NCBI GenBank assembly: GCA_041607595.1
Contig: JBFIUJ010000001.1
Coordinates: 1-33,645, forward strand
Direction: 5' to 3'
Length of the DNA: 33,645 nt
From: Gemmatimonadales bacterium
GTDB taxonomy: Bacteria; Gemmatimonadota; Gemmatimonadetes; Gemmatimonadales; GWC2-71-9
Shown: piece by piece, positions 1-9,684 of the stretch
Layout of the letters: every line of letters starts with the position of its first letter
Position numbering within the stretch: position 1 is the first letter of the stretch
Notes under the pieces: model-generated
Told to the model about the DNA's origin: nothing
Seen by the model: only the letters and a program-made list of their open reading frames with translations
Database searches by the model: none
Translations under genes and position numbers: made by a program

Positions 1-109
1 GCAACAACTTAGGTGTCAAGGCCTGGCGCGGGCGAGGTTCTCCGCCCACATTTAGGCCTCCTATGACAAAGCCCCAACGAGTCCAATCCTGGACCCTGGC
101 CACAGGCCT

Positions 110-988
110 ATGGCTGTGATGGCATGGTTCAAGAAGGAACGGCGACCACGCACGTCCAGGCGTGAGCGCCTGGAGATACCCGCGGATGCGTGGGAGAAGT
201 GCGAGATTTGCGGGCACGTGGACATCCGGGAGAAGTTCGAGCGCGTCTTGAACGTCTGTCCGGAATGCGGGAACCACCGCCGCATCACGGCGGAGGAGTA
301 CATCGAGCTCCTCACCGACGAAAACAGCTGGCGGGAGCTGTACCCGGGCCTGCGGTCGGTGGACCCGCTCGGCTTCGAGCAATACGCGGACCGGCTGGCC
401 GTGGCGGTGAAGAAGGCGGGCTCCTCCGAGGCGATCTACACGGGCCACGCACGCCTGGAGGGACTCCCCTTTCATTTGGGGGTGATGAACTTCGCCTTCA
501 TGGGGGGGTCCATGGGCTCGGTCGTGGGCGAGAAGATCGCTCGGCTGGCCAGACGTTCTGCCGACAAGCGCATGCCCCTGGTGCTGGTGTGCACCTCCGG
601 CGGCGCCCGGATGCAGGAGGGTGTCCTCTCGCTCATGCAGATGGCCAAGACCAGCGCGGCCCTGGCCCAGCTCCACTCGCTCGCCGTGCCCGTGATCACG
701 ATCCTGACCGACCCGACCACCGGAGGCGTATCGGCGTCGTTCGCCATGCAGGGCGACGTGATCCTGGCCGAGCCGGGTGCGGTCATCGGATTCGCCGGGC
801 AGCGGGTGATCAAGCAGACGATCGGCCAGGATCTCCCCGAGGGCTTCCAGACGGCGGAGTTCCTCTTGGAGCACGGCCAGATCGACGACGTCGTGCCCCG
901 GGGGTCCCTTCGGGACACCACCGCCCGGCTGCTGCGGCACCTGCAGCGCGCCCGGGCCCCCCGGGAGGATGCGCTCGAGCCGGCCTGA
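110..988 (+). CDS. accD: Acetyl-CoA carboxylase carboxyltransferase beta subunit
   Basis: 292-aa ORF. It has an N-terminal C-x2-C-x15-C-x2-C zinc ribbon (CEICGH...CPECGNH) followed by the carboxyltransferase core (FMGGSMG, TSGGARMQEG). The start could be ATG 110 or the in-frame ATG 119 (MAWFKK). Confidence 0.92.
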   Translation: MAVMAWFKKERRPRTSRRERLEIPADAWEKCEICGHVDIREKFERVLNVCPECGNHRRITAEEYIELLTDENSWRELYPGLRSVDPLGFEQYADRLAVAVKKAGSSEAIYTGHARLEGLPFHLGVMNFAFMGGSMGSVVGEKIARLARRSADKRMPLVLVCTSGGARMQEGVLSLMQMAKTSAALAQLHSLAVPVITILTDPTTGGVSASFAMQGDVILAEPGAVIGFAGQRVIKQTIGQDLPEGFQTAEFLLEHGQIDDVVPRGSLRDTTARLLRHLQRARAPREDALEPA

Positions 989-1123
989 GTCCCGCGCCGG
1001 CCCCGAAGCCCCCCGATCGCCCCGCCAGGAGCGGGGCGATCGTGCGTCGGGCGGTTGGCCGCCTCCCCGGCCGCGTGTAGCATACGGCCTGTCGTGCCGG
1101 CCGGTCTCCCGAGGAGCCGCATC

Positions 1124-2356
1124 GTGCTTGAGTACCAGGACGCGCTGGACTTCCTGTTTCCCCGAACGACGACGATCAAGTTCGGCCTCCGGACTACCCG
1201 GCGGCTGCTGGCCGCGGTGGGCGATCCGCACGCCCACCTGCCCGTGGTCCACGTCGGCGGGACCAATGGCAAGGGGAGCGTCGCGGCCCTGGTGGCCGAG
1301 GTCCTGGGCCGATCCGGGCTGCGGGTGGGGCTCTACACCTCTCCCCACCTGGTCTCCTTCCGGGAGCGGATCCTGGTGGACGGCGAGCCCATCAGTGAGT
1401 CGGCGGTTGCGATGTGGACCGAGACGCTCCGGCCGCTGATCGAGCGGTCCGGCGCCACCTTCTTCGAGGCGAGCACGGTCATCGCCCTCGCGGACTTCGC
1501 CGCCAGAGGGGCGGAGATCGCCGTCGTCGAGGTGGGGCTCGGCGGTCGGCTGGACAGCACCAACGTGGTGCACCCGCTGGTGACCGGGGTGACCAAGATC
1601 GCGCGCGACCACATGAAGTACCTGGGGGAGAGCCTGGAGGACATCGCCCGGGAGAAGGCGGGGATTGCCAAGCCGGGGGTGCCATTCGTGATCGGCGAGC
1701 GGGCTCCGGGTCTGGTCGCGACGCTGCGCCGGGAGGCAGAGCGGAGCGTCCGTGCGGCGGGGGGGCGCCCCGACATCCGCGTCCTGCCGCCGGAGTACGA
1801 GTGGACCGGGGCCCTCGGGCTGGCCGGGCCGCACCAGCGGCGGAACGCGGCGGTGGCGCACGGCCTGTTGATGGCCCTCCCGCCGCGCTACCGGCCGACG
1901 CCGGCGGCGGTGGCCGAGGGCTTTGCCGCGACCCGGGTGGCCGGGCGATTCGACCGGCGGGGGAAGTGGCTGTTCGACGTGGCCCACAACCCGGACGGGG
2001 TGCGGGCCCTCGTGGCCGCGATCCGGGAGGCCGAGGTGCCCCGGCCGGTGCACGCGCTCGTCTCGATCCTGGGAGACAAGGAGTGGGCCGAGATGCTGGT
2101 GTGCCTGGACGAGGTGGTGGATCGGGGGACGCTCACGCTGGCCCCGAGCATGGTCGGCCGTCGCTGGGACCTGGCGTGGCTCGACGCGTGGCTCGCGCGG
2201 ACGGATCGTCCCCCGGCACGGGCGACCTGGACCCTCGTCGCGGACTTCCCGACGGCGCTGGCCGAAGTGGGGGCGGGGGCGGGGACGGCGCTGGTGACGG
2301 GCTCCTTCCACACCGTCGGCGACGTCATGGAGGCCCTCGGCTTCGCGCCCGTGTGA
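1124..2356 (+). CDS. folC: Folylpolyglutamate synthase / dihydrofolate synthase
   Basis: Lies in track frame 1055..2356. It shows the Mur-ligase P-loop VGGTNGKGS and a FolC-like N-terminus (YQDALDFLF). I prefer GTG 1124 because GAGGAG lies 8 nt upstream; TTG 1055 is the alternative. accD-folC linkage is classic. Confidence 0.85.
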   Translation: MLEYQDALDFLFPRTTTIKFGLRTTRRLLAAVGDPHAHLPVVHVGGTNGKGSVAALVAEVLGRSGLRVGLYTSPHLVSFRERILVDGEPISESAVAMWTETLRPLIERSGATFFEASTVIALADFAARGAEIAVVEVGLGGRLDSTNVVHPLVTGVTKIARDHMKYLGESLEDIAREKAGIAKPGVPFVIGERAPGLVATLRREAERSVRAAGGRPDIRVLPPEYEWTGALGLAGPHQRRNAAVAHGLLMALPPRYRPTPAAVAEGFAATRVAGRFDRRGKWLFDVAHNPDGVRALVAAIREAEVPRPVHALVSILGDKEWAEMLVCLDEVVDRGTLTLAPSMVGRRWDLAWLDAWLARTDRPPARATWTLVADFPTALAEVGAGAGTALVTGSFHTVGDVMEALGFAPV

Positions 2357-2408
2357 TCCTGGGCCGGCGGGGTGGTAGCCCGGAGACGTCGCGGCTATTA
2401 TCCCCGGC

Positions 2409-3743
2409 ATGCAAACCCAGGCCCTGCCGGGCTTTCGCGACTTCTACCCCGACGAACTCGCGCTCCGAACTCACATCGTCCAGACCTGGCGGTCGGTGGC
2501 GACCCGCTACGGCTTCGAGGAGTATGACGGGCCGCCGCTCGAGCCGCTGGATCTCTATCGGGCCAAGAGCGGGGAGGAGATCGTCGGGCAGCTCTACGCC
2601 TTCACCGATCGGGGCGGGCGGGAGGTCGCCCTGCGTCCCGAGATGACCCCGACGCTGGCGCGCATGGTCGCGGCTCGGGCCAACGGCCTGAAGAAGCCGA
2701 TCCGGTGGTTCTCGGTTCCCCAGCTCTTTCGCTATGAGCGGCAACAGCGGGGCCGCCTGCGGGAGCACTTCCAGCTCAACTGCGACCTCATCGGAGAGCC
2801 CGGCCCCGGGGGGGACGCGGAGATCATCGCCCTCGCGGTGGACGTGCTCCGGGCGCTGGGCCTCACCGAGCGGGACATCCGGGTGCGGATCTCCGATCGC
2901 CGGGTGCTTGCCGCGCTGTTGCAGGCTCGCGGGGTGCCGGAGGACCGCCTCGAGGCGGCGTACGGCTTCATCGACAAGCTGGACCGTATGACGCCCGAGG
3001 ATCGCGACGCCGCCGGCCGGGGCCCCTCACCGTTCGGGCCGGCCTCGGTGGCCGATATCGTCGCGGTGGCTCAGCTCCGGGGGCGGGATGCGCTTCGCTC
3101 CGCCCTGGGCGATCTCCCGGCGGGTCCGGAGGCCGGTGGGCCGCTGCTGGAGACGCTGGGGGCGCTGGACGCCATGGGGCTCGGGGACTTCCTGGAGGTG
3201 GACCTGGCGATCGTACGCGGCCTCGCCTACTACACCGGGACGGTCTTCGAGCTGTTCGATGCGGCGCGGTCGCTCCGGGCCATCTGCGGCGGCGGGCGGT
3301 ACGACGACCTCCTGCGGGCGCTCGGCGGCGTGGATCTGCCGGCGCTGGGGTTCGGGATGGGCGATGTGGTGCTGGCCGAGCTGCTGCGGGAGCGGGGCCT
3401 GGTGCCGGCGCTCGGCGGGTCTGTGGACGTGTTCCTCGCCGCGGTGACCGAGGAGGATCGCTCCCACGTCTTGGCGTTGGCGCACGAGCTGCGCGATGCC
3501 GGCTTCCGGGTGGAGTATGCCCTGGGCGCCCAGGCCCTCGGCAAGCAGCTCAAGCTGGCCGATGCCCGCGGCGCCCGGGCAGCCGTGGTGGTGGGCCCGG
3601 ACGATCGGGCCCGTGGCGAGGTGGCCCTCAAGGACCTGCAGCGCCAGACCCAGCGCGGCGTCCCCCGTTCCGCGCTCGCCGGCGCGCTCGCGGCGCTGTT
3701 GGCGGGCAACTCAACGTCTTCTCTGGCCCCGGCCAATCCCTGA
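2409..3743 (+). CDS. hisS: Histidyl-tRNA synthetase
   Basis: 444 aa. The N-terminus LPGFRDFYPDE, class II motif 2 FRYERQQRGRLREHFQ and motif 3 region CGGGRYDDL...GFGMG are all visible. Confidence 0.93.
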   Translation: MQTQALPGFRDFYPDELALRTHIVQTWRSVATRYGFEEYDGPPLEPLDLYRAKSGEEIVGQLYAFTDRGGREVALRPEMTPTLARMVAARANGLKKPIRWFSVPQLFRYERQQRGRLREHFQLNCDLIGEPGPGGDAEIIALAVDVLRALGLTERDIRVRISDRRVLAALLQARGVPEDRLEAAYGFIDKLDRMTPEDRDAAGRGPSPFGPASVADIVAVAQLRGRDALRSALGDLPAGPEAGGPLLETLGALDAMGLGDFLEVDLAIVRGLAYYTGTVFELFDAARSLRAICGGGRYDDLLRALGGVDLPALGFGMGDVVLAELLRERGLVPALGGSVDVFLAAVTEEDRSHVLALAHELRDAGFRVEYALGAQALGKQLKLADARGARAAVVVGPDDRARGEVALKDLQRQTQRGVPRSALAGALAALLAGNSTSSLAPANP

Positions 3744-3751
3744 CATCATCC

Positions 3752-5197
3752 ATGGCAGATACCAAGGGTCTTACACCGCGCGCCGTCGACTTCAGCGCGT
3801 GGTACAACGAGGTGATCGCTCGCGCCGAGCTGGCGGACTATAGCCCGGTGCGCGGGTGCATGGTCATCCGCCCCAACGGCTACGCCATCTGGGAAGAGAT
3901 GCAGCGCGCCCTGGACGGCATGTTCAAGGCGACCGGCCACCAGAACGCGTACTTCCCGCTCTTCATTCCGCAGAGCTTCCTGAGCCGCGAGGCGGCGCAC
4001 GTCGAGGGGTTCGCCCCCGAGACGGCGCTCGTGACCCATGGGGGCGGCAAGGAGCTCGAGGAGCCCCTGGTGATCCGGCCGACGTCCGAGACGATCATCT
4101 ACTCCATGTACGCCAAGTGGATCCAGAGCTGGCGGGACCTGCCGGTCCTGATCAACCAGTGGGCCAACGTGGTGCGCTGGGAGATGCGGACGCGGCTCTT
4201 CCTGCGGACCACGGAGTTCCTCTGGCAGGAGGGCCATACCGCCCACGCCTCCGAGGCCGAGGCGGAGGAGGAGACGATTCTGATCCTCGGGATCTACCGC
4301 CGGTTCATGGAGGAGTGGATGGCGATGCCTCCCCTCACCGGCCGGAAGACCGACAGCGAGCGGTTTGCCGGCGCCGTCCGGACCTACGCCTGCGAGGCTC
4401 TGATGCAGGACCGGCGGGCGCTCCAGGCCGGGACCAGCCACAACCTGGGTCAGAACTTCGCGAAGGTCTTCGATGTGACCTACCAGACCGCGGCGGGAGG
4501 GCTGGACCACGTGTGGAACACGTCCTGGGGAGTCTCCACCCGACTGGTGGGCGCGCTCATCATGACCCACGCGGACGACCAGGGCATGGTCTGCCCCCCA
4601 CGGCTCGCGCAGTACCAGGCGGTGATCGTCCCGATCTACCGGAAGGAGGAGGAGCGGGTGGCGGTGCTGGAGGCCGCCGAACGGCTCCGGCGGGAGCTCC
4701 AGGCGGCGGGCATCCGGATCCACCTCGACGACCGTGACGGCCTCAAGCCGGGAGCCAAGTACTACGAGTGGGAAGGGCGGGGCGTCCCCCTCCGCCTCGA
4801 GGTCGGTCCGCGCGACGTCGCGGCGGGCACCGTGATGCTGGCCAAGCGGACGGGCGGCAAGGCCCCGCTCCCGATGGCCGGGATCGTCGAGGGCCTCCGG
4901 GGAGCGATGGAGGATCTCCAGCGCGACCTGCTGGACACGGCCCGGCGGCGGCGGGAGGAGGCGAGTCACCGCGGCGTGAGCCGGGACGATTTTCTTCGGA
5001 TCATGGCGGACGAAGGTGGGTTCGTCTACGGCGGCTGGTGTGGCGACGCGAAGTGCGAGGCGGACATCAAGGAGCAGACCAAGGCCACCATTCGCGTGCT
5101 CCCGGACGAGGAGTTCCGGTCCGCCTCGACCCCCGAGCGGTGCCTGTGGTGCAACCGGGAGAGCGTGGCGGAGGCCGTCTGGGCGAAGGCCTACTGA
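3752..5197 (+). CDS. proS: Prolyl-tRNA synthetase (short type without the INS editing domain, with a Cys-rich C-terminal domain)
   Basis: 481 aa. It has a class II core ([20 protein letters not shown]) and a C-terminal CGDAKCE...CLWC zinc-binding-like domain ending in Y. Confidence 0.92.
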   Translation: MADTKGLTPRAVDFSAWYNEVIARAELADYSPVRGCMVIRPNGYAIWEEMQRALDGMFKATGHQNAYFPLFIPQSFLSREAAHVEGFAPETALVTHGGGKELEEPLVIRPTSETIIYSMYAKWIQSWRDLPVLINQWANVVRWEMRTRLFLRTTEFLWQEGHTAHASEAEAEEETILILGIYRRFMEEWMAMPPLTGRKTDSERFAGAVRTYACEALMQDRRALQAGTSHNLGQNFAKVFDVTYQTAAGGLDHVWNTSWGVSTRLVGALIMTHADDQGMVCPPRLAQYQAVIVPIYRKEEERVAVLEAAERLRRELQAAGIRIHLDDRDGLKPGAKYYEWEGRGVPLRLEVGPRDVAAGTVMLAKRTGGKAPLPMAGIVEGLRGAMEDLQRDLLDTARRRREEASHRGVSRDDFLRIMADEGGFVYGGWCGDAKCEADIKEQTKATIRVLPDEEFRSASTPERCLWCNRESVAEAVWAKAY

Positions 5198-6519
5198 TGG
5201 CGGCCGGCGCCGTGCAGCCCGCGGACGCCCGGACGCCTCTCCTCGAAGAGGCGGGACTGTCGTGGCAGGGCTCCTCCTTGGCCGTGCAGGGCATCCGATT
5301 GACCGAGATCGCCGACCGGGTGGGGACCCCGGTGTTCGTCTACAACGCCGAGATCATCCGGTCCCGCTACCGGACCCTCACCCATGCGCTCGCGGGGATC
5401 CCACATCGGGTCTGCTACGCGGTCAAGGCGAACAGCGCGCTGGCGGTCCTGCGGGTGCTCCGCGAGGAGGGTGCGGGGGCGGATCTCGTGTCCGGGGGCG
5501 AGCTCGCTCGGGCGCTGGCGGTCGGCTTCGCGCCGGCGGATCTGGTCTTCAGCGGGGTGGGGAAGACCGAGGAGGAGCTCCGCGCTGCGGTGTCCCACGG
5601 CGTGGGGCACGTCAACGTGGAGTCCCGGGAGGAGTTGGCCGCACTCGGCCGGGTGGCCGACGCGCTCGGCCGGAGCGTCTCGGTCGGGATCAGGGTCAAT
5701 CCCGACGTGACTGCGGAGACCCATCCCTACATCACGACCGGTCGGGAGGGCATCAAGTTCGGTCTGCCGGTCGACCAGGTGCGGGAGGCCGCGGCCTGGA
5801 TCGGGGCCCACTCGCGCCTCGAGCTGACCGCGCTCGCGATGCACCTGGGAAGCCAGCTGCTGCAGCCGGAGCCGTACCGCGAAGGGGCGAAGAAGCTGCT
5901 CGATCTCCTCCGGACCATCCGGACAGACGGCGCGGATCGCCTGCGCTTCCTCGACGTCGGGGGTGGCATCGGCATCCGCTACGGCGACGAGCCGGGGCTC
6001 GATCCCTCCGCGCTGGCCGAGTGCCTCCGCCCGGTGCTGGCGGGGACGGGGCTCACGCTGTTGCTGGAGCCCGGGCGCTACCTGACCGGGAGCGCCGGGG
6101 TGCTGCTCACGACGGTCCTCTATCGGAAGCACTCCGGCGGACGCGACTTCGTCATCGTGGACGCGGGCATGAACGACTTCCTCCGGCCGAGTCTCTACCG
6201 GGCGCACCACGAGATCTCCGAGATCGAGGCGGGGGCGGGTCGGGGCACGGTGGCTCCGGTGGACATCGTGGGGCCGGTCTGCGAGACGGGGGACTTCTTC
6301 GCGCTGCAGCGGTCCCTCCCGCCGATGGCCTCGGGCGACCGGCTGGCGATCCTGGGTGCCGGAGCCTACGGCTTCGTGATGAGCTCGAACTACAACACTC
6401 GCCTCAGGGCCGCGGAGGTTCTGGTGGACGGGGGGCGCTTCGGCGTGGCCCGCCGGCGCGAGCGGGTGGAGGACCTGCTCGCGCTCGAGCAGGCCGACCC
6501 CTGGGCGGGGGGCTCCTGA
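5197..6519 (+). CDS. lysA: Diaminopimelate decarboxylase
   Basis: Inner part of track ORF 4768..6519. It has the PLP-lysine motif YAVKANS, GGGIGI and CETGD. ATG 5197 overlaps the proS TGA by 1 nt (TGATG). The translation upstream of this start is Arg/Gly-rich junk. Confidence 0.9.
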   Translation: MAAGAVQPADARTPLLEEAGLSWQGSSLAVQGIRLTEIADRVGTPVFVYNAEIIRSRYRTLTHALAGIPHRVCYAVKANSALAVLRVLREEGAGADLVSGGELARALAVGFAPADLVFSGVGKTEEELRAAVSHGVGHVNVESREELAALGRVADALGRSVSVGIRVNPDVTAETHPYITTGREGIKFGLPVDQVREAAAWIGAHSRLELTALAMHLGSQLLQPEPYREGAKKLLDLLRTIRTDGADRLRFLDVGGGIGIRYGDEPGLDPSALAECLRPVLAGTGLTLLLEPGRYLTGSAGVLLTTVLYRKHSGGRDFVIVDAGMNDFLRPSLYRAHHEISEIEAGAGRGTVAPVDIVGPVCETGDFFALQRSLPPMASGDRLAILGAGAYGFVMSSNYNTRLRAAEVLVDGGRFGVARRRERVEDLLALEQADPWAGGS

Positions 6520-8114
6520 TGGTCGCCGCGCCCGCGTCGGGCCGAGCCGAGGCGGTGGCACACCATGCCGGCATCCTCATCATCGACTTCGGATCGCAGT
6601 ACACCCAGCTGATCGCCCGGCGCGTCCGCGAGGCCCACGTCTACTGCGAGATTCATCCTCCGTCCCGGACCGTGGATTGGATCCGGGCCTGGGAGCCGCA
6701 GGGCATCATCCTGTCGGGGGGGCCGAACTCGGTCTACGGGGAATCGGTGCCGACCGCCGATCCGGCGCTCCTCGAGCTGGGGGTTCCGATCCTGGGCGTC
6801 TGCTACGGCATGCAGCTCCTGGCCCACCTCGGAGGGGGCACCGTGGTGCGGGCCGACCGGCGGGAATACGGCAGGGCGCGGGTCTCCGTGCGGGGAGGGG
6901 GAGGCCGGCTCTTCCGGGGCTTCGACGAGGGCGAGGAGACCCCGGTGTGGATGAGCCATGGCGACCACGTGGATGCGCCGCCGCCCGGGTTCCGCGTGGT
7001 GGCGGCGAGCGACAACTCCCCGGTGGCCGCGATCGAGCACGAGCGGCGCCCGCTCTTCGGGGTCCAATTCCACCCCGAGGTGGCCCACACCCCGCGGGGC
7101 GGGGAGATCCTGCAAAACTTCCTCTTCGAGATCTGTGCCTGTACTCCCGACTGGACGCCGGGCCACTTCGTCGAGTCCGAGGTGGCCCGCATCCGCGAGC
7201 GGGTGGGCCCGGCGGATCGGGTGATCTGCGGCCTCTCCGGTGGGGTGGATTCGTCGGTGGCGGCGGTGCTGGTGCACCGGGCGGTCGGCGACCGGCTGAC
7301 GTGCATCTTCGTCGATCACGGCCTCCTCCGTCTGCACGAGCGGGAGCAGGTGGAGCACGCCTTCCGCCGCCACCTGGGGATCGATCTTCGGGTGGTGAAA
7401 GCGGCCGATCAATTCCTCACCCAGCTGCGGGGGGTGGAGGACCCCGAGGAGAAGCGCCGCCGCATCGGCCATACGTTCATCGACGTGTTCGAGGCCGAGG
7501 CCAGGGCGCTGGGGCCGGACGTCCGGTTCTTGGTGCAGGGGACGCTGTACCCTGACGTGATCGAGTCCCTCTCCCCGATGGGCGGTCCTTCGGTCACCAT
7601 CAAGACGCACCACAACGTGGGCGGCCTGCCGGATCGCCTCCCCTTCGCGCTGATCGAGCCCCTGCGGGAGCTCTTCAAGGACGAGGTCCGGCAGGTGGGG
7701 CGCGAGCTGGGTCTGCCCGAAGGGATGGTCGGGCGGCACCCGTTCCCCGGGCCGGGCCTCGCGATCCGGATCCTGGGCGCAGTGACGGCGGAGGGGCTGG
7801 AGGTCCTCCGTCGGGCCGATCACATCTACCTCGAGGAGATCCGGGCGGCGGGCCTGTACGACGACATCTGGCAGGCGTTCGCGGTGCTGCTCCCGGTGCG
7901 GACGGTGGGGGTCCAGGGCGACGAGCGGAGCTACGATCAGGTCGTGGCGCTCCGAGCGGTGACGAGTCGAGACGGCATGACCGCGGACTGGTTCTCGTTC
8001 CCGCCGGAGGTGCTGGCGCGGGTGGCGAACCGCATCGCCAACGAGGTGGACGGGGTCAATCGCGTGGTCTATGACGTGAGCAGCAAGCCGCCGGCGACGA
8101 TCGAGTGGGAGTAG
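6519..8114 (+). CDS. guaA: GMP synthase (glutamine-hydrolysing)
   Basis: Inner part of track ORF 5016..8114. It has the GATase Cys motif VCYGMQLL, the PP-loop SGGVDSSV and the C-terminal [11 protein letters not shown] 6519 overlaps the lysA TGA by 1 nt. Confidence 0.93.
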   Translation: MVAAPASGRAEAVAHHAGILIIDFGSQYTQLIARRVREAHVYCEIHPPSRTVDWIRAWEPQGIILSGGPNSVYGESVPTADPALLELGVPILGVCYGMQLLAHLGGGTVVRADRREYGRARVSVRGGGGRLFRGFDEGEETPVWMSHGDHVDAPPPGFRVVAASDNSPVAAIEHERRPLFGVQFHPEVAHTPRGGEILQNFLFEICACTPDWTPGHFVESEVARIRERVGPADRVICGLSGGVDSSVAAVLVHRAVGDRLTCIFVDHGLLRLHEREQVEHAFRRHLGIDLRVVKAADQFLTQLRGVEDPEEKRRRIGHTFIDVFEAEARALGPDVRFLVQGTLYPDVIESLSPMGGPSVTIKTHHNVGGLPDRLPFALIEPLRELFKDEVRQVGRELGLPEGMVGRHPFPGPGLAIRILGAVTAEGLEVLRRADHIYLEEIRAAGLYDDIWQAFAVLLPVRTVGVQGDERSYDQVVALRAVTSRDGMTADWFSFPPEVLARVANRIANEVDGVNRVVYDVSSKPPATIEWE

Positions 8115-8129
8115 CCCGTGGGCCGGATG

Positions 8130-8582
8130 TCAGGCCCCCTTCTCCGCCAGCAGGGCGAAGAAGTCGTCGGCGCTGCGGAGGGCGCGGAGGCGATCGGGCA
8201 CGGTGGGGTCCTTCGCGAGCTGCGCGATCTTGCCCAGGACCGGCAGGTACTGGTTAGACACTTCCAGGGGTGGGGCCACGATCAGGAAGACGAAGTGGAC
8301 CGGGGCGTGATCGATGGCGTCATAGTCCACGCCTCGGGGGTGGTAGCCGAAGGCCAGGCGCAGTCGGCTGACCACCAGCGAGCGGCCGTGGGGGATGGCC
8401 AGCCCGCGCCCGATCCCGGTGGAGCCCAGCTTCTCGCGGCGTCGCAGGATCCGGAGCAGGGCGGCCTCGGCCCGCTGGTCGAGGCGGAGGGCGCCGACCA
8501 TTTCCGAGAGGACCTCGTCCTTGGTCTCGCCGGCCAGCGCCAGGTTGACGGCGTCGGGCGAGAAGAAATCGCGTAGGTGCAT
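8130..8582 (-). CDS. ptsN: PTS EIIA(Ntr)-like nitrogen regulatory protein
   Basis: 150 aa. It has an EIIA type-2 fold signature with the phosphorylatable His in GIGRGLAIPHGR. The opposite-strand ORF 8118..8576 is a shadow ORF. Confidence 0.8.
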   Translation of the reverse strand: MHLRDFFSPDAVNLALAGETKDEVLSEMVGALRLDQRAEAALLRILRRREKLGSTGIGRGLAIPHGRSLVVSRLRLAFGYHPRGVDYDAIDHAPVHFVFLIVAPPLEVSNQYLPVLGKIAQLAKDPTVPDRLRALRSADDFFALLAEKGA

Positions 8583-8604
8583 GGGGAGGGGTGAGGGGTC
8601 GGGG
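8583..8604 (+). other. G-quadruplex-forming motif (GGGG-A-GGGG-TGA-GGGG-TC-GGGG)
   Basis: Four G4 runs lie at 8583-86, 8588-91, 8595-98 and 8601-04, with loops of 1, 3 and 2 nt. The complement forms the C-rich 22 nt directly upstream of the ptsN ATG. Confidence 0.5.
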
Positions 8605-8623
8605 CTCGGACGGCTGCGGCCGG

Positions 8624-8653
8624 AAGGTACCGGCGGCTCCCCCGCGGCGTCAA
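8624..8653 (-). promoter_or_regulatory. Candidate sigma70-type promoter for ptsN (TTGACG-18-TACCTT)
   Basis: On the minus strand, TTGACG lies at 8653..8648 and TACCTT at 8629..8624, with an 18-nt spacer. TA-containing hexamers are rare in this GC-rich DNA. Confidence 0.3.
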
Positions 8654-8665
8654 ACCCGCCACGCG

Positions 8666-8694
8666 TTGCTCCCCCGCCGGGGGCCTCCTATCTT
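8666..8694 (+). promoter_or_regulatory. Candidate sigma70-type promoter for dus (TTGCTC-17-TATCTT), predicting a leaderless transcript
   Basis: TTGCTC lies at 8666-8671 and TATCTT at 8689-8694, with a 17-nt spacer. The dus ATG (8701) begins 7 nt after the -10 hexamer, and there is no SD sequence in between. Confidence 0.35.
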
Positions 8695-8700
8695 CCGCCC

Positions 8701-9684
8701 ATGTCTTTCCCGTACCCGACCGGCGCGGGCTACCCGCTCTTCCTGGCCCCGATGGCCGGCGTCTCCGAGGCGCCGTTCCGGCAGATCTGCCGGACGCACG
8801 GGGCCGGAGTCCTGATGTCCGAGTTCCTGTCGTCGGAGGCGATCCGGCGGCGCATCCGTCGCACCCTCGAGGGCTGCGAATTCGAGGAGATCGAGCGGCC
8901 GATCGGCATCCAGATCTACGGCGCCGATCCGGTCGCCATGGCGGAGGCCACGGCCCTGGTGGCCGAGCAGTACCGCCCCGAGTTCATCGACATCAACTTC
9001 GGCTGCCCGGTCAAGAAGGTCGTGCAGCGCAACGGGGGCTCCGGGTGCCTCCGGGACATGGACCTGGTCCAGCAGATCATCCGAGCCTGCGTCGCGGCCA
9101 CGGACGTGCCCGTCACCTGCAAGACCCGGAGCGGCTGGAACGATGCCACCCGGGATCCGGTCGGCATCGCCCTACGGATGCAGGATGCGGGCGCGAAAGC
9201 GTTCACGCTGCACGCCCGCACCCGGACCCAGATGTTCTCGGGGAAGGCGAACTGGGACGAGATCGCCCAGGTGGTCGAGGCCCTGGACATTCCGGTGATC
9301 GGCAACGGGGACGTGTCGGCACCCCGGGACGTGCTCCGGATGCGGGAGCACACCGGCTGCGCCGGGATCATGATCGGTCGCGGCTCCTTCGGCAATCCGT
9401 GGCTCTTCCGCGACGCGCAGGCCCTGCTGGCCGGCGCCGAGCCTCCCCCGCCGCCGGACGCGGCCGAGCGGTTCCGGGTCGCCCTGGAACACGCCCGGTT
9501 GGCCCTCCGGCTGCAGGGGGACACGCGGAAGACGATGATCGAGTTCCGCAAGCATCTCGGCTGGTACACCAAGGGGCTCCACGGGGCGAGCGAGCTCCGG
9601 CAGCGGCTCTTCCAGGTCGAGTCCCTGGCAGACGCGGAGGGGATCTTCCTGGGCTACCTCGAGCCCGTGGCCCAGGTGGCGTGA
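8701..9684 (+). CDS. dus: tRNA-dihydrouridine synthase
   Basis: Inner part of track ORF 8395..9684. It has FLAPMAGVSEAPFR, the catalytic Cys motif INFGCPVKKV and a TIM-barrel Dus pattern. Confidence 0.88.
   Translation: MSFPYPTGAGYPLFLAPMAGVSEAPFRQICRTHGAGVLMSEFLSSEAIRRRIRRTLEGCEFEEIERPIGIQIYGADPVAMAEATALVAEQYRPEFIDINFGCPVKKVVQRNGGSGCLRDMDLVQQIIRACVAATDVPVTCKTRSGWNDATRDPVGIALRMQDAGAKAFTLHARTRTQMFSGKANWDEIAQVVEALDIPVIGNGDVSAPRDVLRMREHTGCAGIMIGRGSFGNPWLFRDAQALLAGAEPPPPPDAAERFRVALEHARLALRLQGDTRKTMIEFRKHLGWYTKGLHGASELRQRLFQVESLADAEGIFLGYLEPVAQVA

Noticed and set aside
1-109. A lower-GC stretch at the window start with an imperfect hairpin (GGGCGAGG-TTCT-CCGCCC followed by ACATTT), two TTAGG copies and a TATGAC hexamer. 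I considered a tRNA 3' fragment, a terminator or the accD promoter.
   Set aside because: The loop and stem do not fit a tRNA T-arm. The hairpin is imperfect with only a 3-T run. No TTGnnn hexamer lies at a proper distance from TATGAC. The region is truncated by the window edge, so nothing can be supported.
4768-5196. Long N-terminal extensions offered by the ORF track: lysA from 4768, guaA from 5016, dus from 8395, larB from 9045, corA from 10349, the GGDEF gene from 10300, purK from 14887, ppdK from 17834, purF from 19669, purL from 21524, purQ from 22670, purS from 23038, psd from 25010, purC from 25459, purB from 27321 and htrA from 28271.
   Set aside because: The extensions overlap the preceding real gene in another frame and are Arg/Gly/Pro-rich. 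The family-typical N-termini (for example MCGVIGV for PurF and MNGTYSQ for PPDK) begin at internal starts that coincide with SD sequences or ATGA/GTGA/TGATG junctions.
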